Shown one piece after another: positions 1 through 12,584 of a DNA stretch of 64,000 nt. The stretch lies in NCBI GenBank assembly GCA_964016885.1, contig CAXHJY010001756.1:29218-93217 (forward strand), written 5' to 3'. Origin of the DNA: Eledone cirrhosa. Its lineage: Eukaryota. How positions within the stretch are numbered: the stretch's first letter is position 1; every line of letters begins with the position of its first letter. Under the pieces are notes generated by a model that worked only from the letters and a program-made list of their open reading frames with translations, did no database searches and was not told the DNA's origin. The position numbers and the translations under genes were made by a program.

Positions 1-112
1 TTTAGCCTACTAACAACGACAGCGAGCTATTTATTTCGTTCAATCTCCTCTTGCTGAAGGTTATGAAAGACAACTAAAGCTTGAATAACGAATAAAACCT
101 GGACGATGTATA

Positions 113-282
113 TATAATTGTTTCTACGTTTGGCACAATGTCAGCAAATATCTCAGTGTATTACTGGTACTTTATTTTATCGTCCCCGTAAGGCGGGATT
201 TGAACTCAATCCGTAAAGGGACGTAACTGTGCTGCAAAGCATGGCGTCCGACCCTCTACCGATACTGCCAATCCACCGCCGT
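113..282 (-). mobile_element. tRNA-derived SINE copy (same family as 21951, 26228, 32301)
   Basis: Reverse strand has B-box-like GAGTTCAAATCCCGCC and 3' end TGTGCCAAACGTAGAAACAATT; clearly alignable to the other copies in the window. Confidence 0.8.
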
Positions 283-411
283 TTGATATTAGATGGACTG
301 TCAGGTTATGGGGCGAGAGAATGCTTGTTTCCAATTCAATGCTCATTCGATTCGTTTGGGCATTTCATTTCTGTGGCTGGATATTGATTTTCTGCTTCTG
401 CTCAATCCATA

Positions 412-555
412 TAATCTGGACTCAGAATTAGCCGTCGAAACGGCTTGAGCTCAGCCGTCGAGATCCTACTCGTGCCTATTACCCACTCTACTACCCTAAG
501 TATTGAGTACTTTGGTGCGTTATGCTCCACCTGGTTCCTTACCACATTTCCTTCG

Positions 556-559
<4 letters not shown>
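412..559 (+). mobile_element. PLE pseudo-LTR 3' fragment (family H) with the 3' half of a hammerhead
   Basis: GAAA-CGGC-loop-GCCG-TC (437-459), then a tail shared with 13846-13925(-) and 58090-58170(+), ending in (TA)n. Confidence 0.6.
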
Positions 560-651
<92 letters not shown>

Positions 652-877
652 TATATATATATATATATACATTTCGTTTCTGAATTTGTTTAGCAAGATT
701 CTTTATCTGAAAACGTGTGTTGAAACCGATATTGTTATACTTTGGGAGGGTCATGTTGCCAATAAGAAACACACGCACCAGTTGTTTCACTTCAATTTAT
801 TATAATAAATTTATAAATTTAGGAATTTATAAATTTCCGGTTGGTTGGTTCCACAACCAGATGGTTGTTTATATATT

Positions 878-920
878 GTCAAAGTTCTTTCGTCACACAT
901 TCTGTGACCTCTTAAGTGAC
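878..920 (-). ncRNA. Degenerate type-I hammerhead (core CUUAAGA)
   Basis: GTCA-CTTAAGA-GGTCAC..GTGAC-GAAA-GAAC-TT-TGAC; stems I and II pair, core G5 mutated; more decayed copy at 17924-17966. Confidence 0.5.
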
Positions 921-1194
921 TGGGGATTCTTTTCTTTGTTTTTTGGGCCTCTCCTTTGTTCTGTCCTACGCCATCTTGTTTTTGTGTGTGTGTTGTTTGC
1001 TTAGTTTGCGCATGTGTTACATCCGGGTGTCTGTATGTGTTTATATTCGTTTATTTATGTGTTTATTTACATGTTACTGGTTGGTTGTTTGTTCTATGTG
1101 CGTGTGTGTTTTCATTTTGTCCTTAATTGTAAGTTGTGATGTTGCTGTTCCACCCCTGTTTTCTATTTAATTTTGGTTGTAATTCATTTATGTT

Positions 1195-1575
1195 TATTGC
1201 CTCTGTGATGTGTCTAAACATTGCGACTTTTCTGTGTGTAGATTCTATTTTTATTTCTATGTTCTCTATTTTACCCTTATGTTCTATTTTAGCATGTTGG
1301 TAGAGTACAGATGATTCTTTACTATCTTGAAGGTCTCGCAGTGTTCATTTATCCGTTCCCCTATAGTACGAGCTGTCTCACCTATGTACACTATATTTTT
1401 ATCTCTACATTGTCCTTCGGTACATCTTATGCTATATACTACATTTCTAGTTTTACAGTTAATATGGGGGCTTAGTTTACAGATTATACATTTCTTATCT
1501 ATACAGGGAGGTCTTTGAAAAGGGTATGTATTGCTAATAAGTGTTTTTATGGAGGTACCTGGTCTTCTACTATCT
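1195..1575 (-). pseudogene. GIY-YIG endonuclease remnant of PLE A (not in the ORF track)
   Basis: Manual translation gives CIDKKCIICKLSPHINCKTRNVVYSIRCTEGQC...YIGETARTIGERINEH, homologous to the ORF around 61900-62060. Confidence 0.85.
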
Positions 1576-1876
1576 AAATATTGAGTTTATGTTTATCATA
1601 TGATAAACATAAACTCAATATTAAACCATCTGGTTGTGGAACCAACCAACCAACCGGAAATTTATAAATTTATTATAATAAATTGAAGTGAAAGCAACTG
1701 GTGCGTGTGTTTCTTATTGGCAACATGACCGTCCCAAAGTATAACAATATATATATACAGATATATATACATATATACATATATATATATATAGATATAT
1801 ATAGATATATATATATATATAGATATAAAATAAAGTTAAATAAAAGTCAAATGATTAAAATTTAGCTTCGTTTATT

Positions 1877-1931
1877 ACTGCTATATATATTTCAGTGACA
1901 GCCATCTTTGGTTGTGACCTCTTCAGGCAGT
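1877..1931 (-). ncRNA. Minimal type-I hammerhead ribozyme (sense copy, element B)
   Basis: Reverse complement of 5868-5922 with one extra stem II mismatch. Confidence 0.8.
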
Positions 1932-3121
1932 TTGAATTAGTATGGTATAGACAAGTACATATGTTGTTTAGGTGTATGATATTGTCAATACTCTGATATG
2001 CCCAGTTCCTTGTTGGGTTGTTAATTCACTGGGGAACTGGAGTCATATGAATTCAAACAAACGAATTTTCGTGTCACAGGTCCCCTTCTCCTCTCATTGG
2101 TCAGTTATTAGTGTTGTCATTGTTGGAGTTAGCTTAAAAATTGATAAAATGGTAGAAGGGACAAGGTGTTGAAGGAACAAAATATCAAAAAATGTGTCAA
2201 ACTTCCCATTGTTCAGTTCTGAGAGCATTCCTCAGTCAGAAGTCTATAGAATTATTTCTGGGGTGAGGCTCCCTGTAGTGTTTATGCCTGCTATTGTTCA
2301 GTACATTTGACCTCGACCATTATTTTGGTACTGTTGTTGTTGTAGTGGTCAGCTTATATATTGCTGCTGCTAACAGTTTAGAAGTATTCAGTTTGTGTTT
2401 TCTCTCATCCCACCCGCCACCATCGTAGTGGTGGTGGCGGGGGGGGGGGGTTATTTCATGTATATGAAGAAATATAAGGCAATAAATGAAGAAAACAGAA
2501 GATAAATAAATAATATAATAAAATAAAATAATTAATATAATTTGTGTAATTTGAAAATAAATAAATAAATAGAGAATAAAGAATAAAGAGTAAATGAGAG
2601 ATTGGTGAAAAAGTAATGATAATGTATATGGAGAAGTGAGAAATAATGTAGGATAAAGTGTGTGTGTGTGTGTGCTATAACCAATCTCAAGGTCAGAATA
2701 TGTTGGATAGATTGGTATGATACAAGATGTTAAGATGAGATATTCAATGTGATTGTGTTATAATCTATCTCAACTTAAAATAAATATAAATATAAGGTTA
2801 TACAGTGAAGAGGGCAGAAACAAATAACAAATTAATAAAGAGAAATCAAGATTTAAGATTGGAACTTTAAAGTCAGAAATCTGGTAAATTAAAAGTGTTT
2901 GTGTTATAGATGTTGGCCAGATTATTATGGCTGTGTCCGATTCTGTCTCTAGGCTATCATGGTGTCTGCTCCGCCTGGGTTGTTCCCTATGGCTTGAGGG
3001 GAGTTCACAACCTAGGGTGTTGTAATTGTCCATATAGCTTGAGGGAGGTCTGGCCGAGAGGTGTTTTCATGTTCTGTAGAAGTCCCTATAGCTTGAGGGG
3101 AGTTCACATCTTCTTGTGTTG

Positions 3122-5310
3122 CTACTGTCCATATATTTTGAGAAAGGTCCCGGCTCTAAGGTGTCTGCATGTCCCGAAGAAGTCGGTTCTGAGGTTTATC
3201 AGGCCGCTTCCACCTCTTAGTATCTCGAGGGTCTCGTTCAGGCATAGTTTGCATATGCAAGATCCCCCTTTATCGGGTGGTACTTTCCTGATTATGTACC
3301 AGGACAGAGAGTATGGGGTCCTGTCCAGCTTAAGCTTCCAGATCAGGTCGGAGAGAGCTGTGCTTTTCCTTTTGGCCTCCTTCTTGAATGAATGGCGATG
3401 GTTGTACCAGCGGTCCTTAAAGCTCGTTGATGTGGCTCCTATGTAGAGGTGTTCGGAGTTGGGGGTTTTAACCCTACAACCGTACACTATGTTCTTCTTG
3501 AGACATTCATTACCAAGGGGGCATGATTCGGGGTTTCTACAGTTGCAGAGGGTGGGCGGCCTCTGCGTGCTTAGATTAGGGTTCTCATTATGTGTTACAT
3601 GTTGGTCTTCCCCCATGCTCGGTGGGGGGGTCCTTGGGTCTGTTTGTGTTTCTTGGGTGGGCTCTGGGTCCCCCCTTTCCTCCTTTCACATGGTTCTGCT
3701 GAGTGTTTGTATTGCCATCTTCTGGTTGTGTGTGGTTTTTAAGCCTACTTCTGTTGATGCTAGCTATGTGTTGGGCCAAATTTCTCGTGGTGGAATACGA
3801 AAGTTTCACAGTGTGTCTGTTGAAGATCCTGTGGTATCCGTGGTCCCTCGGGAAGCATTTGTCAAGTGCTCCAAAGAACAATCGGGCCAAGCTTTTCTTT
3901 AGGGCCGCTGAGTAGGGTGGGTTGTACCACGTGATTTGTCGGTGTCTCCTCCTATATGTGTGGGTTGGGGGCTTCGTGATTTGTTGGAGATTTGTTGGTT
4001 TGCTGGTGGTTTCCGCACTGTTGCTTCCCTTTTGGGCTCTATACTTTCTGTTATCTTCACGGTCCGGATTTGTGGGGTGGTTGTTGTCTGCCCCGGGAGA
4101 TCCATCGTGGGGTGGTCGCCCGTTTCCTCCCCCCCCCACGTGTCCTGCGGTTGGGGTTGTCCGTCCTGGGGTAGTTAGCATCACGCCTGAGACTGCTACT
4201 CATATTGTGCTCCATCTCGTGGTCAAGCGCACTAGTCCCCGCCGCCCATGTGGTGGTGTCTGGTACATGGTGCTTATTTGATTTTGCTCTGCCTGTATTG
4301 TTAGGGTTCGCCCCCCCCCCCCTCTGGTAACGCGGTTGTGGGTGTTCTGTTGGGCTATCCACCTCCCGGCTTTTCGGACTATATGTTATATTTTGTCCAT
4401 GTGCCGCCTTCTTTAGAGCTGCGTTGTAATATTCCGCGTGGTTGTTGAATATTTCCTTACTTGCGGACAGGCTGGAGATCCTGTCCGAGACACTCTTCAC
4501 CACTGCCTTGGTTATGGATCTAGGGTGGTTTGATTTGGCGTTAACATATACTAGTTTCTCGTTGGGCTTGTGGTAGGGGTAGTATTGCTCGGTGTTCAGG
4601 TTTAGGGTGGTATCTAGGAAGTTAACTACCTTCCTATTTGGGTCTATTTCTATGCTGAGCCCCTGGTTCTTAAAGAAATGGCGAATACGCCTCCTCATAC
4701 CCTCCAACATATTGGTGCTGTGGTCATGTACTGTGAATAGAGCATCGTCACGATATAATCCGCCGCCCAGGCAGGGGATTTCATCTTTTATCTGCTTCAG
4801 CAGGTAGAGCCCAACCAGGTCCGTTACCTGCGCTGAGTCGCTGGAGCCCATCGTGATGTCAAAGTTATTTGGCCAATCACTCCTGGTCCACAGGTCTCCA
4901 TCGAAGTGGATTAAGGTCTTTCTTGCGGCGTGGATGATGCTCACCTCCTCTCGGGTTAGGTCCGTATTGGACATCGCTAAAAATAGGGCCTTATTAAGTA
5001 CTATGGGTGAGATTGAGGAGTAGTAGCTTGCGATGTCCAGTTGTATAAAGCTGGTCCTACTTTTCTCCTGCAGTATTTTGAACCATTCTATTACTTCTCT
5101 CGTGCATGACCATTGCTGTAATTTGGTTTTTTTCCGAAGCTTGGGCAAAATCCTATCCAGTATTCTTTTACTGACGATCCCTAGGTCAGATCTGGAGGGG
5201 GCTATTAGTCTGACAGGGAGGTCGGACTCAAAGTTTGACTTGTGGTCTTTAAGGGTAATCCGCGGCTCCCTTGGTTGGTATGGGGCCGTCCTATCTTCTG
5301 TTTTCTTCAT
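3122..5310 (-). pseudogene. PLE RT + GIY-YIG endonuclease, 5'-truncated, split over three frames
   Basis: FIQLDIASYYSSI, FDITMGSSDSAQ, GGLYRDDA, VNFLDTTL, WYNPPYS, CNCRNPESCPL, IVY..YIG, CKLC, CRH. Confidence 0.92.
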
Positions 5311-5867
5311 TTATTGCCTTATATTTCTTCATATACATGAAATAACCCCCCCCCCCCCCGCCACCACCACTACGATGGTGGCGGGTGGGATGAAGAGAAA
5401 ACACAAACTGAATACTTCTAAACTGTTAGCAGCAGCAAGATATAAGCTGACCACTACAACAACAACAGTACCAAAATAATGGTCGAGGTCAAATGTACTG
5501 AACAATAGCAGGCATAAACACTACAGGGAGCCTCACCCCAGAAAGAATTCTATAGACTTCTGACTGAGGAATGCTCTCAGAACTGAACAATGGGAAGTTT
5601 GACACATTTTTTGATATTTTGTTCCTTCAACACCTTGTCCCTTCTACCATTTTATCAATTTTTAAGCTAACTCCAACAATGACAACACTAATAACTGACC
5701 AATGAGAGGAGAAGGGGACATGTGACACTAAAATTCGTTTGTTTGAATTCATATGACTCCAGTTCCCCAGTGAATTAACAACCCAACAAGGAACTGGGCA
5801 TATCAGAGTATTGACAATATCATACACCTAAACAACATATGTACTTGTCTATACCATACTAATTCAA

Positions 5868-5922
5868 ACTGCCTGAAGAGGTCACAGCCAAAGATGGCTG
5901 TCACTGAAATATATATAGCAGT
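5868..5922 (+). ncRNA. Minimal type-I hammerhead ribozyme (inverted arm, element B)
   Basis: ACTGC-CTGAAGA-GGTCACAGCCA/AAGA/TGGCTGTCACT-GAAA-TATATA-TA^GCAGT; predicted cleavage after 5917. Confidence 0.88.
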
Positions 5923-6070
5923 AATAAACGAAGCTAAATTTTAATCATTTGACTTTTATTTAACTTTATTTTACACTACTCCGGAGTAACCAAACCAACC
6001 TGCGCACTTCGTCGAGTGCTCCAGCCTGCATACTGAGGTGTTGGTATACAACCAACATAAACTCAAAATC

Positions 6071-6136
6071 TATATATATAGATATATATAGATATATAGA
6101 TATATATAGATATATATAGATATATATATATATATA

Positions 6137-6188
<52 letters not shown>

Positions 6189-6583
6189 TATATATATAGA
6201 TATATATATATATAGATATATATATATATATAGATATATATATATATAGATATATATATATATATAGATATATATATATATATAGATATATATATATATA
6301 GATATATATATATATAGATATATATATATATAGATATATATATATATATAGATATATATATATATATAGATATATATATATATAGATATATATATATATA
6401 GATATATATATATATAGATATATATATATATAGATATATATATATATAGATATATATATATATAGATATATATATATATAGATATATATATATATAGATA
6501 TATATATATATAGATATATATATATATAGATATATATATATATAGATATATAGATATATATATATATAGATATATATATATAT

Positions 6584-6666
<83 letters not shown>

Positions 6667-6709
6667 TATATATATATATATATATATATAGATATATATA
6701 GATATATAT

Positions 6710-6756
<47 letters not shown>

Positions 6757-6829
6757 TATATATATATATATATAGATATATAGAGGTATATATATATATA
6801 TATAGATATATATATATATATATATATAT

Positions 6830-6862
<33 letters not shown>

Positions 6863-6869
6863 TATATTT

Positions 6870-6918
<49 letters not shown>

Positions 6919-6946
6919 TAGATGTATATATATATATATATAGATA

Positions 6947-6986
<40 letters not shown>

Positions 6987-6988
6987 TA

Positions 6989-7028
<40 letters not shown>

Positions 7029-7030
7029 TA

Positions 7031-7070
<40 letters not shown>

Positions 7071-7072
7071 TA

Positions 7073-7106
<34 letters not shown>

Positions 7107-7112
7107 TAGATA

Positions 7113-7152
<40 letters not shown>

Positions 7153-7154
7153 TA

Positions 7155-7194
<40 letters not shown>

Positions 7195-7196
7195 TA

Positions 7197-7236
<40 letters not shown>

Positions 7237-7238
7237 TA

Positions 7239-7274
<36 letters not shown>

Positions 7275-7280
7275 TAGATA

Positions 7281-7320
<40 letters not shown>

Positions 7321-7322
7321 TA

Positions 7323-7362
<40 letters not shown>

Positions 7363-7364
7363 TA

Positions 7365-7455
<91 letters not shown>
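6071..7455. repeat. (TA)n microsatellite with TAGA/GATG interruptions, then (GA)n
   Basis: Direct reading. Confidence 0.95.
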
Positions 7456-7460
<5 letters not shown>

Positions 7461-7490
7461 GGAGAGAAGGAGAGGGGGAGAGAGAGAGAA

Positions 7491-7695
7491 GTAGAACACT
7501 GGAAGGTAATATCCATAGTGGTAGAGCACTCAGTCCATGGGACGAGTTAGGTAGAAGTGGTAACACAACAGTTAGTTCACCATACCGACCAATGTTCTCG
7601 GTATGGTGAACTAACTGTTGTGTTACCACATCTACCTAACTCGTCCCATGGACTGAGTGCTCTACCACTATGGATATTACCTTCCAGTGTTCTAC
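7491..7695. repeat. Fold-back palindrome, 98-bp arms, 9-nt loop
   Basis: 7491-7588 is the reverse complement of 7598-7695 almost perfectly; flanked by (GA)n and (TC)n. Confidence 0.95.
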
Positions 7696-7735
7696 CTCTG
7701 TCTCTCTTCCCCTATCCCTCCTCTCTCTCTCTCTC

Positions 7736-7796
<61 letters not shown>

Positions 7797-7797
<1 letters not shown>

Positions 7798-7893
7798 TAA
7801 TAAATTTGAAGACTAAAATCCAAAGAGGGCTCGATAAGGATAAATATATATCAAATATATAAGAACCGTAGAGCAAATATTTAAAATCTGTTA

Positions 7894-7900
<7 letters not shown>
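7797..7900 (-). mobile_element. Mini-insertion of the family E tail with 5' inversion
   Basis: 7797-7882 is the reverse complement of ~49517-49605; 7885-7900 matches ~49500-49516 on the forward strand. Confidence 0.75.
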
Positions 7901-7944
<44 letters not shown>

Positions 7945-8072
7945 AAAGTTATATTTAAAATTGTTGGGTTACAACTAGTAAATATTTATAACTGATATAA
8001 AAGCACTCGACAAATATTTGGAGTATATTTACAATATTAAATAAATGGAAACTATATTTATAAAACCATATT

Positions 8073-8138
8073 TATTTCATTATATATATTTCGGGGATAT
8101 CATATTAACAATATGCTATGCCTTCCTCAGACAAAATA
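8073..8138 (-). ncRNA. Type-I hammerhead (element C, sense)
   Basis: Reverse complement of 11041-11106. Confidence 0.78.
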
Positions 8139-9536
8139 CAATATAAACAGTGTTATAGATAAATAGATTCGACATACCGTTATAACACCGACTTCCATTT
8201 GAAGAGGTTTAAACTGGCAGTGAAAACATTTTTACACAGAGAGAAAGAAAGAGAGAAAAAAAAAAAAGAAAGAAAGACAGAAAACGAAGAAAAGGAAGAA
8301 AAAGAAGAAATGCATGGAACAAAATAGAGAGATGGAAAGATAGATAAAGCGAAGAACTTCATGTAAAGAAACAGAAAGAGATATATATATATAGAGAGAG
8401 AGGAAATAGAGATAGATACATATATATATAGAAAATTAGGTAGTGGGGGGTCATTTTAAGTAAATGTATCAATGATACATTTATTTATTTATTTATTTAT
8501 TTAGCTCAAGTATTAATGTAAGGGAGATATATAGAGAGAGAAAAAATATAGAGAGAGAAAAAATAGCGAGAGAAAAAAATTTAAAATAGCCAGATATATT
8601 CGAGGCGTAAAAACCCTATGTTTTAATGTATTAGTATTTATAAAACTTACACTATATTGTAAATATCAGTATTCCTGAATGAGACAAGTATCCATATTGT
8701 GTGAAAATTAATTATCTTATGTTTAGTTTTTTTAAAAATTCATATGTTTATGTGATAGCTACAAACATCCATGTGAATCCATATGATTCACTCTGCAAAC
8801 TCTAAGTTCACGGAAAACATTCTCAATGTGGTATAAAAATTTGAGTATACATATATGTGTATTATTATTCCTGTCTTTGCTCTACAAGATTATCTATCAA
8901 GCAGAAATAGAGAGCAGATTTCAATATACTAATAAAAATATATATCAGAAACAAAACTAAAAAAATAAAAAGATAACAATAATAATAATAATAAGTAATA
9001 ATAAAATAGAAAACTAAAAAAATATTACGAAAGAATATTACATATTAAAAATATTACATATTAAAAATATTACGTATTAAAAAATATTACGTATTAAAAA
9101 TTTACATATTAAAGATATTAAAAATAAAAATAAAAAATAAAAAATATTATAAAATACTACAATAATAAAAATAAAAATAAACCACAAAGATCAACCCTTC
9201 AAAGTTAATTGACAATATATTGCCAAGTTCATTTCAAGACAAAGCCAAAAATTATCTATCAAATCACATCTAGCAAAGATCATTTCAAAAGTTTATGATG
9301 TCCAATTTGGTCTACATATGTTCTTATACTTAATATAGAAGTTTATCTAGTGTAAGGTTTATTCAAAATATTTGGAGCATCAGCTTTTAGGGTAGTTTAA
9401 TTTTTCATGAGGAATGTTTAAATAAAAATAAAATAAAAATAAACAATAAAAAAGAATAAAAAGAAGGAATCAAAAATTTAGGAATCAAAGATTTATCGGC
9501 TAGTTTCCCATATAAATATAAATCAAACTAAATATA

Positions 9537-10494
9537 CTACATTTTAAATTTAAATTTATATTTAAACGTTGAGTTTAATCTATGTTTGCAACAACTGAAT
9601 AAATTTGTCCGTAGATTAAGGGAATTTTTAGATTTTAGTATAAAGAATATCTCCTCTGCGCAGAGGTCACATGTCTCAGAGGATGAGTTAAAAGGAATCC
9701 CTCTTGAGACTATATTCCAAGCCGTCGAATATCTAACGTTATCTAGCTTAAGTTGCCAGAGTACGCCTGATAGTGCCGTTGAAGATTTGTTACTTGGATC
9801 TGTGAAAGAATTCTTGTGGTTATTATAGCGAAGTTTAAATTCCGTCGATGTGGAACCGACGTAGTTAAAAGAATTAGAGTCAGTATTAACATTACAATTG
9901 TATACTATATTTTTAACTAAGCAGTTGTTATTTAACGGACATTTAGATCTATCTCTACAGTTACATTTGTTAACTTGTATATTATTTATGCTATTATCAC
10001 TAGGTTTTAAGTTCCTATTATTTATTCTATTAATATTTTGTGCTAAATTTTTGGTGGATGAGTAGGTTAATTTAATTGTATGCCTATTGAAAATTGAGTG
10101 ATACCTATGTGTTCTAGGGAAGCGATTATCAAGAGCTTTGAAAAATAATTTAGCGATGTGGGTTTTAATGTTTAGTGAGAAGGGGGGGGGGGGGGGGGGG
10201 GCAAACCAAATTATGTTCCTAGTTCTATTTCTTTTTTGGCCTTTGGAATTATTGTAATGCTTTCTATTATAGTTGTTAATGTTGTTGCCGTAATTAAAAA
10301 AGTTGTTACTTTGTTTAGTTTGTCTATCATTATCTATGTACACAATCTTATCAGCATATCCTGCCCTAGCTAATGCTTCATTATAGTATTGGGCCTTTTC
10401 GTCGAAAATCTTTCTATTGGACGAGATCCTAGAGATACGTTTTTGAACAGAGTTTACTATAGTGTTTTTGACAGATCTGGGGTGGTTAGATTTA
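9537..10494 (-). pseudogene. PLE thumb/linker/GIY-YIG, 5'-truncated
   Basis: SNHP, RNIIWFAPP, CNCRDRSKCPL, NIVY..YVGST, CDLC, CKH. Confidence 0.9.
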
Positions 10495-11040
10495 AGGAAT
10501 ACTGATATTTACAATATAGTGTAAGTTTTATAAATACTAATACATTAAAACATAGGGTTTTTACGCCTCGAATATATCTGGCTATTTTAAATTTTTTCTC
10601 TCGCTATTTTTTCTCTCTGTATATTTTTTCTCTCTATATATATCTCCCTTACATTAATACTTGAGCTAAATAAATAAATAAATAAATAAATGTATCATTG
10701 ATACATTTACTTAAAATGACCTCCCACTACCTAATTTTCTATATATATATGTATCTATCTCTATTTCCTCTCTCTATATATATATATATCTCTTTCTGTT
10801 TCTTTACATGAAGTTCTTCGCTTTATCTATCTTTCCATCTCTCTATTTTGTTCCATGCATTTCTTCTTTTTCTTCCTTTTCTTCGTTTTCTGTCTTTCTT
10901 TCTTTTTTTTTTTTTTTTTTTTTCTCTCTTTCTTTCTCTCTGTGTAAAAATTTTTTCACTGCCAGTTTAAACCTCTTCAAATGGAAGTCGGTGTTATAAC
11001 GGTATGTCGAATCTATTTATCTATAAAACTGTTTATATTG

Positions 11041-11106
11041 TATTTTGTCTGAGGAAGGCATAGCATATTGTTAATATGATATCCCCGAAATATATATAAT
11101 GAAATA
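11041..11106 (+). ncRNA. Type-I hammerhead (element C, inverted arm)
   Basis: TATTTTGT-CTGAGGA-stem II (CATATT/GTT/AATATG)-GAAA-TATATA-TA^ATGAAATA. Confidence 0.78.
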
Positions 11107-11143
11107 AATATGGTTTTATAAATATAGTTTCCATTTATTTAAT

Positions 11144-11174
<31 letters not shown>

Positions 11175-12123
11175 GGGCGGAAGTGCTGAACGTGTTAACA
11201 AGACGATTGACAGTTCGAGATGGTAACTGCAGCATTAGAATATGCTTTAGAATTTGGTCTCTAAATACTTGGAATTTTCTGTCTTCACTCTTTCTTTCAA
11301 TTTGTTAAACACCGATCGAAACATTTCAAATATTTTCATTTGTAATAGAGTTTAAATATAATCATGTCGTGTTGAATTTTTCACAAGAAATGTTTAAATG
11401 TATCTGAGAATGCTTTTGACATATATAATGGATTGCAACAATTTCTGCTCTAAAATGCGTTGATTTCTTACAGATGCTTTGGAAATAACCAGAATCTATT
11501 GTACTGTGGAATCAAAACTAATATTTTACATATACCTGTTGCTTAAACTTTTGACTGTGCAGACTATGAGAACATGCATTCTATTTATAGCTCTAGGTTT
11601 TCACACAGGCATTAAAAAAAGCTTGGAACATGTTATTCAAATAATCGTCAATTTTTAAAACGGAAGATAACATTGGTCAGTATCTCTAGCAATTCAAGAA
11701 GATACATATAGGAACATTCAACGGATTATAAAAAGAATATATTACATATGCTTGTAATGGACTGGACTAGAATATCTAATATGGTCCCAAGGTAAATAAC
11801 ATGCATACACGATTACCACTGTATGGGCTACTGATATAAATAGATTCATACTTCTTTAGATCTTTCATTTAGCTGCAAGATAAATGTGTATTAGGCATTC
11901 AAACAGCCTCTATTACACAAATATATGTCTAAAACGAAGTCAATTAACAGTATGCGCAGACGATCGTACAAAATGATTTAATGGTACTCTAAAAGTCATG
12001 ACTACTCTGACCTAGATTGGTATTTTCGTTGAAAATTAATTTTAGATGGACGTTATAACAAACAACCATATCTACTCTTAGAATGATTTCTCTCATACTA
12101 CAATGCCTGATTGGTAAATCAAT

Positions 12124-12293
<170 letters not shown>

Positions 12294-12404
12294 CGTGTGT
12301 GCGTCTGTGTGTGTGTGTGTAATGCACATACGCATATATAGATATATATTCATATGATATACACATATATATATATATAAAAGTGAAGTATATATATATA
12401 TAAT

Positions 12405-12482
12405 TGTTGAGGTTGTGAGTTCGATTCCACGTCCGGGCTATGCCTTATGTCCTTGAACAAGACACTTTATTTCATGGTGCTG
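12405..12482 (+). mobile_element. SINE fragment, second family (similar fragment ~14050-14097)
   Basis: GAGTTCGATTC B-box followed by TCCTTGAACAAGACACTT. Confidence 0.55.
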
Positions 12483-12545
12483 CTTGTACCTGGAGTTGCG
12501 GCCGATAGAATATATTAGCAATTGGAAAAACCAATTGTTTCCTGT

Positions 12546-12584
<39 letters not shown>

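Larger units (their letters stand above)
670..1750 (-). mobile_element. 5'-truncated PLE (family A, related to element F) with inverted pLTR copy
   Basis: ~730-867 recurs inverted at ~1623-1750; GIY-YIG remnant between the arms; (TA)n on both sides. Confidence 0.85.
1826..6070 (-). mobile_element. PLE B (Hydra-like clade) with ~680-bp inverted terminal arms, in (TA)n
   Basis: 1826-2504 is the near-identical reverse complement of 5292-5973; right arm extends ~97 bp further; RT-GIY-YIG inside. Confidence 0.92.
7942..11149 (-). mobile_element. PLE C (Hydra-like) with ~650-bp inverted arms
   Basis: 8030-8676 is the reverse complement of 10495-11149; same family as 43789-46692; (TA)n flanks. Confidence 0.92.

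Noticed and set aside
1972-2172. 66-aa ORF duplicated at 5627-5827
   Set aside because: By-product of the inverted arms; GTG start, no motif
1826-5973. DNA transposon interpretation of the long TIRs
   Set aside because: No transposase; arms are HHR-containing PLE 3' ends of unequal length
5966-7629. Long YI-repeat ORFs (also at 35-38, 41-44, 49-51 and 59-64 kb)
   Set aside because: Translations of (TA)n microsatellites
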